DNA of 64,000 bases from Polyangiales bacterium (GTDB lineage: Bacteria; Myxococcota_A; Polyangia; Polyangiales; Houyiibacteriaceae), in the NCBI GenBank assembly GCA_045106895.1, contig JBGCFM010000024.1:64001-128000 (forward strand), given 5' to 3'. Below, piece by piece: positions 58,281 through 64,000 of this stretch. The notes below the pieces were generated by a model. The model saw only the letters and a list, made by a program, of their open reading frames with translations, searched no databases and was not told where the DNA came from. Made by a program: the position numbers and the translations under genes. Numbering within the stretch: the stretch's first letter is position 1; each line of letters starts with the position of its first letter.

Positions 58281-58922
58281 ATGAGCAAAGTGACGGACGC
58301 CTTGGACAGCGCCGCTGGCAAAAAGCGTGAGAATCGAGCGGCTTACGCCGTGGCTTCCAGCGATGCGGACGAAAAGCGGGCTTGGGCGTCCGCCTTGGAG
58401 TCCGGCGAGACGCTGGATTCGCTCATCGAAGCCAAAGGTCCACCGCGGCTTTACCTCCACGAGGACCAGGAGACGCCACAGTGCAGCATTCACTACCGCG
58501 GCTACCGCTGCTGGATCTCAGGTGCTCACGGCGCCAAAGAAGCGTTGGAAGTCCTCGAAGAGTTCTCGCTTAGCGACCTCTCGCCGGATGTTCGTTGGCA
58601 CACCGTCCAGGCCGCCATCGACTTGGCCCTGGAGCTGCGGAGTCCTGGAGCCCCGGAGCTTTCCCTTGAAGAACGAGCGGATCGCGTGGAGCAGCAGGCC
58701 ATGGCGGCGACGATCCGGCATCACGTGGAGACTCCGCTGGAGGGTGCGGCGGCGGTTGGAGTCGCGACGGCGGCGGTTTGGTGCGCGGATCCCCACGTGG
58801 CCATCGTCATCGACCGAGGCGGCACTCCTGCCTTCGCCGCCTGGAGCATGCGGCCCGTGGACGACATCGTTCGCTGGATCGACGAAGGCGAGACGCTCTC
58901 CAACGCAGCGATTCTCCCGTAG
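58281..58922 (+). CDS. Hypothetical protein
   Basis: AAGGA RBS before ATG 58281; GC-rich third positions. Confidence 0.6.
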   Translation: MSKVTDALDSAAGKKRENRAAYAVASSDADEKRAWASALESGETLDSLIEAKGPPRLYLHEDQETPQCSIHYRGYRCWISGAHGAKEALEVLEEFSLSDLSPDVRWHTVQAAIDLALELRSPGAPELSLEERADRVEQQAMAATIRHHVETPLEGAAAVGVATAAVWCADPHVAIVIDRGGTPAFAAWSMRPVDDIVRWIDEGETLSNAAILP

Positions 58923-58972
58923 GCGCAACACGGGGCTGCTTGCACGCTAAATCACGGGCGCTACGTTTCTGG

Positions 58973-60244
58973 ATGCCTCGCTTTCTCTTTGTCGCTCTGG
59001 TCATCGCTCTCTCTGGCTGCGGAGACGACGATCGTATCGCCGTCGATGTCGGCCCTTTGCCCGATGCAGCGACGGACACTGGGACCCGCGATGTGCCAGC
59101 GCCAAGCGATGTCGGGACAGACGTGCCATTCGACGCAGGCCCTCAGGACTGCGCGTCGATCTTGCGCTCCGATGTGAACTTCCGCCTGAGCGATGAGGGC
59201 CTCGCGATTCACCCCGCCGCGGCCTTCGACGGCGACGCTCTCTGGCTCACCTACACCATCCGCGAGGGCGAGACCTCGAACTTCGATGTGGTTCTTCGCC
59301 GCGTCGCATGTGACGGAAGCACAGGCCCGACCGTCGTCGTCAATGCTGGGCCCGCAGGTGAAAGCGACCTCGACAGCGACGTCGCCATCAGCGGCGAGCG
59401 CCTCCTCGTGGGCTACCAAAGCGATGACCAAAGCGGCGAGAACTCTGCGATTCGCCCGTTCGTCCGTGCCTTCGACCTCAGCGGCGCCGCCCTCGGCGAA
59501 CCCCAAGCCGTGGCTCGAGTCCGCGATGGCGAGACCATCATGGCTACGAACTGGATGGTTCGCGTCGCCTCGCGACCCGGCGGATTCTGGGTCGCTGGCA
59601 CCTGGGGCGTCGAAGCGGTCAGCGGTTTCCGCGGCTACGCATCGCGCCTCGACATGGACGGCGTCGAGCTCGCGCCGGCCACCGACGTCGCCCCCACAGA
59701 CCAGGTGGAGTCCCAGACCAACCTCGCCATCGGCGACGGAGAGACTCCCTTTGTGTCCTGGACCAACTTTGGTGACGCCAGCCAAGTCGCCAGCGCTCCC
59801 ATCGGCGGAGACGTCACGGAGTTCGAGAGTGGAAGCATCACTGAGGATTACCCGGCCCTCTCCGGCGAGCTGCTCTCGCTCCAGTCCGGCGGCGGCTCGC
59901 GCCTCAGTATTCAGGTGCACAACTTAGTCACCGGCGCGACAGCGAGCATCGGCGGAATCTCCGATGCCAACGCCTTCTCGGACATCGCGGGCACTCCTGA
60001 CGCCTTCGCCATCGTATGGCTGCGTCAGATCAGCGGCACCCGAAATGACGTCTTTGTGGCGAGCGGCAGTGAAAGCGGAGGTGTCATGACCTTGTCCGCG
60101 CCCGTCGCCATCGACACCAGCGCCGACGCCGCAGCCTACCCGCCCTTCATCGTGGCCCTCGGCGAGGGTCGCTACTTCGTGGGCTGGACCCAGGTTGTCA
60201 TGAGCCCGGACTTCCAGGTCCACGGCCGCATCGTCGAGTTCTAG
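58973..60244 (+). CDS. Lipoprotein with beta-propeller-like repeats
   Basis: LSGCGDDD lipobox; recurring P.....G.. [FY].V.W blade-like motifs. Confidence 0.7.
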   Translation: MPRFLFVALVIALSGCGDDDRIAVDVGPLPDAATDTGTRDVPAPSDVGTDVPFDAGPQDCASILRSDVNFRLSDEGLAIHPAAAFDGDALWLTYTIREGETSNFDVVLRRVACDGSTGPTVVVNAGPAGESDLDSDVAISGERLLVGYQSDDQSGENSAIRPFVRAFDLSGAALGEPQAVARVRDGETIMATNWMVRVASRPGGFWVAGTWGVEAVSGFRGYASRLDMDGVELAPATDVAPTDQVESQTNLAIGDGETPFVSWTNFGDASQVASAPIGGDVTEFESGSITEDYPALSGELLSLQSGGGSRLSIQVHNLVTGATASIGGISDANAFSDIAGTPDAFAIVWLRQISGTRNDVFVASGSESGGVMTLSAPVAIDTSADAAAYPPFIVALGEGRYFVGWTQVVMSPDFQVHGRIVEF

Positions 60245-60852
60245 CGCTGCACCTTCGCCCGCGTGATAGCGAGCTGAATCAAAACGATGCTCAACACGAG
60301 GAGCGCGATCCCGGGCAGGATGAAGTAGAGATGTGTCTCCGAGAACAAGCTGGACGTCTCCAGGTCTACGGGGCGACTGCCATAAGGAAGTGAGCTATAG
60401 CCAGCGCGGACTCTGTAGAACTGCAGCGGCCACACAAAGGGTTTTAGAATCAGGGCAACGGCCGCGAAGGGGGCAAATGCCGCCGCGCTCCGAACCCACC
60501 GGCCCCAGTAGAAGGACGCGGCTCCGCCGGCGACGAGAACCGCGGCTGCGAGCGGGTGAATCGAGTCGACGACCCTTACTCCTAGGTGCGCGCGTTCGTT
60601 CGCGATGGTCTCGGTGAGAAAGAGCTGGAGAAAGAAGAAGCCAGCGCCCGTTAGCGCCACTCCCAAGAGCGCGCCAACCCACTTGGTGACGGCCTTTGGG
60701 ATTCGCTCCCGTAGCTTCCGCGCGGCTTCGCCGGTGAATGCCAGCAAGAGCATGATGGCTGCCACCACGCAGATCCCAATGGCGACCTCTTCCGAGACGG
60801 GGATCCTGACGCCGAAGTGTGGATGGATCATGCGTTCACATACGGGAGCCAC
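60241..60852 (-). CDS. Multi-pass membrane protein
   Basis: About five hydrophobic helices; 33 bp downstream of the radical SAM gene, same strand. Confidence 0.6.
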   Translation of the reverse strand: MAPVCERMIHPHFGVRIPVSEEVAIGICVVAAIMLLLAFTGEAARKLRERIPKAVTKWVGALLGVALTGAGFFFLQLFLTETIANERAHLGVRVVDSIHPLAAAVLVAGGAASFYWGRWVRSAAAFAPFAAVALILKPFVWPLQFYRVRAGYSSLPYGSRPVDLETSSLFSETHLYFILPGIALLVLSIVLIQLAITRAKVQR

Positions 60853-60885
60853 GAGCGCTTCTTCCCTCTGTCCTCGTTGAACAGC

Positions 60886-62202
60886 CTAGGCGATGACGCG
60901 AAGCCGCTTTTTGGCATCTTCGGTTTCCCAGACGCCGCCGCTTTGCCACTTGAGCGCCATTACCTCTGCCACGGGGCGGCCCAGGATCGTGGCGTCTGCA
61001 CCTGGGGGAGGCGCGTCGATCACGACCGTCTCGAATCGGCCGTGGTCAAAGGGGTCACCTGCCGCTGCTTCCACGCGGCGCAGGACCTCGTGTTTGCCGT
61101 CCGCTTCGTAGGTGAGCGCACGGTGAATGCAATAGGGGTTATTGCCTGGACGCCCCATGATCACCTGGGCTGTCCACGTGCATCCGCCTTTGCAGATGTC
61201 CGCGTAGTAGCAGGTGCCGCAGAAGCCCCAGAGGTCTTCCTTGGTTCGCTCGGCGATGAAGGTGATGCGCTCCGAGCCTTCCATGACCTCGGCGACGGGC
61301 GAAGTGCGCGCGTTTCCGCCTGCGAAGTCCTCCGTGGGCAACGAGGGGCAGGCCTTGATGGTGCCATCGGCTTCCACGCCCATGCAGTCTTTGCCTGCAC
61401 CACAGCCGCCCCAGTGCGTGCCTTCTTTGCCGCCGAAACGAATGGCCTCTTCGTATTCACCGAAGTAGCCGATGTTGTTTCCAGGGAAGACATCGATGTT
61501 CGCCGGCGTGAGCTTCTCCTTCTTGAGCCAGGCGATGAGCGGAAAGAGCTCCAACAGATCGTAAGGCTGAAGAAGCAGCTCCGGCCGGTCTGCGGCGCGT
61601 CCCATCGGGACGGTGAGCTGAAGCTGCCAGGCTTCGACGCCTAGCTCGATGAGGAGGTCGGCGAGGGCCGGCAGCTCCGGCATGGAGAGCCGGTTGATCT
61701 GCGAGTTGACCCCAAGGCGAATGCCGGACGCTTGCACACGCTTCGCTGCAGCCACGGCGTTGCGAAAGGAGTCGCTCGTGCCGCGCTGAAGGTTGTGCGT
61801 GCGCTCGAGCCCATCGATGCTCATGGAGATGCCGCTCACCCCCGCGGCCACGGCACGGTCGATGCGCTCTTGGTTAAACCCGCGTCCGCCCGTCGTGATG
61901 CCGCAGGAGATGCCCGCGTCGACGATGGCTTTCGCGATGATGTCCCAGTCTTCACGCAGGTAGGCTTCGCCGCCGATGAGCGTGACCTCGAGCATGCCCA
62001 TCTCCGCCAGCTGACGAACAACGTCGAGGCACTCTTCGGTGCTCAGTTCGTCTTCACGCGCTTTGCCTGCCCGAGAGCCGCAGTGTCTACAACCAAGGTC
62101 GCAGGCGAGGGTGATCTCCCAAACGCAGTAGCGAACGCCCGGCGCGTTACCATTTCGCACCAGCTCTCGTGCGTCCTCGGTACGCTGAATGTCTTCGTTC
62201 AC
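60886..62202 (-). CDS. Radical SAM/SPASM peptide maturase, splicease (PlpX)-like
   Basis: WEITLACDLGCRHCGSRAG (CxxxCxxC), IGGE, SIDG; SPASM GCGAG...KACP...CGTC-x5-CKGGC...GNNPYC. Confidence 0.88.
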   Translation of the reverse strand: MNEDIQRTEDARELVRNGNAPGVRYCVWEITLACDLGCRHCGSRAGKAREDELSTEECLDVVRQLAEMGMLEVTLIGGEAYLREDWDIIAKAIVDAGISCGITTGGRGFNQERIDRAVAAGVSGISMSIDGLERTHNLQRGTSDSFRNAVAAAKRVQASGIRLGVNSQINRLSMPELPALADLLIELGVEAWQLQLTVPMGRAADRPELLLQPYDLLELFPLIAWLKKEKLTPANIDVFPGNNIGYFGEYEEAIRFGGKEGTHWGGCGAGKDCMGVEADGTIKACPSLPTEDFAGGNARTSPVAEVMEGSERITFIAERTKEDLWGFCGTCYYADICKGGCTWTAQVIMGRPGNNPYCIHRALTYEADGKHEVLRRVEAAAGDPFDHGRFETVVIDAPPPGADATILGRPVAEVMALKWQSGGVWETEDAKKRLRVIA

Positions 62203-62612
62203 TTTTTACGTTTGGGTGCGATGCCATACAACGCGACGACCCCAGGTCGCTCTACGGGATCCTCAAAGCGATCGGGGTCTTCCGGCTCTGGGTCGGGGTT
62301 GGAGGCTTCTGGCTCTGGCTGGGGCTCTGGCTCTGGCTCTGGCTGGGGCTCGGGCTGCGGAGCCGGCTCTGGAGCGGGGGTGGGCTGCTCGATGACTGGT
62401 TCGTTCGTCGGCTCCTCAGCTTGCGGCGTCGATCCCCCACACGCCATCGCGAAGAGCGAGGCCGCAAGAAGTCCTCCGCGACGTCCGCCCTGTGCTTTTC
62501 GGTCGCAGAACGGACACGAGGTCTTGGAGGGGGTCGCGCTTGCGTGAACATGTCGGCGGCAGCGCGTGCAACGCGTCAGTCCATCGACTGAAACTCGTTT
62601 ATCTACAGTCAT
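62199..62612 (-). CDS. Putative precursor A2: Zn-ribbon leader, lipobox, E/P stalk, C-terminal LYG
   Basis: CTRC-x14-CPFC, RRGGLLAASLFAMAC, PEP repeats, ALYGIAPKRKK; GGAGA RBS; GTGA overlap with the radical SAM gene. Confidence 0.8.
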   Translation of the reverse strand: MTVDKRVSVDGLTRCTRCRRHVHASATPSKTSCPFCDRKAQGGRRGGLLAASLFAMACGGSTPQAEEPTNEPVIEQPTPAPEPAPQPEPQPEPEPEPQPEPEASNPDPEPEDPDRFEDPVERPGVVALYGIAPKRKK

Positions 62613-62666
62613 CGAAGGTATCTCCAGCTGGGCATACCCAAGCTACGTTTGTGTTCAGAAAACGGT

Positions 62667-63071
62667 CTATCGACGTATTGGTGCGCGGCCGTAGCGGGCC
62701 ATCGGAGCCATATCGGGAGCAGGCTCGGGATCGAAGGGTTCGGCTTCCGGCTCCGGCTCCGGCTCTGGCTCCGGAGTCGCGATGGGTTCGGGCTCTACTT
62801 CGGGTTCAGGGTCCGCCTCGGGTTCAACGGCGGGTTCAACGGCGGACTCTACAGCAGGCTCGTTGGCCGGCTCTTCCGCCGCCGGCTCCGCTCCGCCGCA
62901 GGCCATCGCGAAGAGTGATGCCGCGAGGAGCGCTCCCCGTCGTGACTTCGGCGTTTTCTGATCGCAGAAAGGGCAGGCCGTCGCGCTAGGCGATTCGCCT
63001 GCCTGAACATGCCTTCGGCAGCCGGTGCAGCGCGTCAGTCCATCTGTCGAAACTCGTTTTTCTACGCTCAT
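62667..63071 (-). CDS. Putative precursor A1: Zn-ribbon leader, lipobox, E/P stalk, C-terminal RYG
   Basis: CTGC-x14-CPFC, SRRGALLAASLFAMAC, PEP repeats, ARYGRAPIRR; GGAGA RBS; clear paralogue of A2. Confidence 0.8.
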   Translation of the reverse strand: MSVEKRVSTDGLTRCTGCRRHVQAGESPSATACPFCDQKTPKSRRGALLAASLFAMACGGAEPAAEEPANEPAVESAVEPAVEPEADPEPEVEPEPIATPEPEPEPEPEAEPFDPEPAPDMAPMARYGRAPIRR

Positions 63072-63160
63072 TCTTCAGTCTCCAAGGCTTGGGACAGGAT
63101 ACGTGAGCACTTCCTTGGCACCAAGCTCAACTTTCTCGAGTCCGTGGTGTCCGAGGAAGC

Positions 63161-64000
63161 GTGAACTCTCGGCTGAAGCGCTCACTATTCGGCTTCATCG
63201 CCCTCGATTGTCTGGGTTTGGTCCTTCTCATCAGTGCCGCTCACCTCAGCCCGGGGGCCAGCATCCTGGTCTGTTTGGTCCACGGTTTTGTGGCGTTCGG
63301 CGCGATCCTCATGACCGCCCTGGGGCGGCTACCTCGCCCTGACCATGTGCGTTTCGCAGCGCTTGTGTGCGGCGTCCTCTTCGTGGGTCTTCTCCTGGCA
63401 GCCTTCACCTACATCGCGGCGTCGCAGCCGGACTATCTCGCCTTCGCGCCGGAGGAGCGCTACGGCTTCCGCGACGCTAAGGCGGCCCATCTAGCGCTGC
63501 TCGCCTGCACTTGTTTGGTCTTCTTGCTCGTCGCTGGGAAGTCCGAGTGGATCACATACATCGCTACCCGCAAGGCCTTCGTTGTGGCCCAAGTCCTCCT
63601 TGTCGTTGTTTGGGTCACCGCGTTCGCACGTATCCTTTCCACCGATGACTTTCCGCCGAGCGACATTTTGCCAGAGGGTTGCGTGGCTCTGTCCCTCGAC
63701 GATTCGCTGAATCGTTGGCCTGCTGGGCACATCGTGATGGGCCTAAAGCCAGTTCAAGCGACCACTTTTTCAGTCCGCAACGGTGTCTCTTTGACGGCGT
63801 CTTCCCGTGATTCCTACTGCTTGGTCACCGGCAAGCACCGCTACACATTCCTCGACGCAAACCTGCGTCGGGGTCCCCCCACCACTCACATCTCCGAGTG
63901 GCTCGAGGGCACATCGATGATTTCGGCCTGGGCGTCGCCCTTCGTGCTTCTCTTCTGGGGCCTCATCTGCGCTCTGAGCCATTCTCGCTGGCGCAGGCTT
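63161..64000 (+). CDS. Multi-pass membrane protein, 3'-truncated by window (absent from the ORF track)
   Basis: GAGGAAGC-GTG start; frame open to the window end (MNSRLKRSLFGFIALDCLGLVLLI...); several TM segments. Confidence 0.6.
   Translation, partial: MNSRLKRSLFGFIALDCLGLVLLISAAHLSPGASILVCLVHGFVAFGAILMTALGRLPRPDHVRFAALVCGVLFVGLLLAAFTYIAASQPDYLAFAPEERYGFRDAKAAHLALLACTCLVFLLVAGKSEWITYIATRKAFVVAQVLLVVVWVTAFARILSTDDFPPSDILPEGCVALSLDDSLNRWPAGHIVMGLKPVQATTFSVRNGVSLTASSRDSYCLVTGKHRYTFLDANLRRGPPTTHISEWLEGTSMISAWASPFVLLFWGLICALSHSRWRRL

Noticed and set aside
56308..58284. 658-aa plus-strand ORF
   Set aside because: Antisense shadow of the DUF2723 gene.
60375..60390. PYG motif in the membrane protein downstream of the radical SAM gene
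   Set aside because: Lacks the Zn-ribbon leader and the A-x-Y-G-x-A-P context; YG dipeptides are common.

Overview
GC-rich chromosomal window with a myxobacterial (Polyangiales/Sandaracinaceae-like) gene complement: many Cys-rich lipoproteins with DAG linkers, TPR/PEGA proteins, Hanks kinases, an FHA-sigma54 activator and a TonB-fused receptor. The taxon is inferred from gene content, not searched. About 58 CDSs are supported. They include housekeeping genes (thiE, aguAB, class II DAHP synthase, tatB/tatC, ccmAB, rpe). I saw no rRNA, tRNA, CRISPR array or mobile element. Best candidate for a novel system (60886-63071, minus strand): a splicease-like radical SAM/SPASM enzyme translationally coupled to two paralogous small proteins. 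Each small protein has a CxxC-x14-CPFC Zn-ribbon leader, a twin-Arg/lipobox signal, a Glu/Pro stalk and a single Tyr in a C-terminal A-x-Y-G-x-A-P motif, suggesting lipid-anchored keto-amide 'spliceotide' proteins. Other notable loci: (1) a Fam20C-like lipoprotein kinase coupled to a DUF2079 membrane protein at the end of a TonB-receptor-led run; (2) an NrtR/macrodomain/DUF4291 divergon with two GT-N7-AC operators; (3) an AAA ATPase + metallopeptidase-vWA + LRR/BRCT cassette; (4) a membrane pseudokinase. All family calls come from motif recognition by eye.
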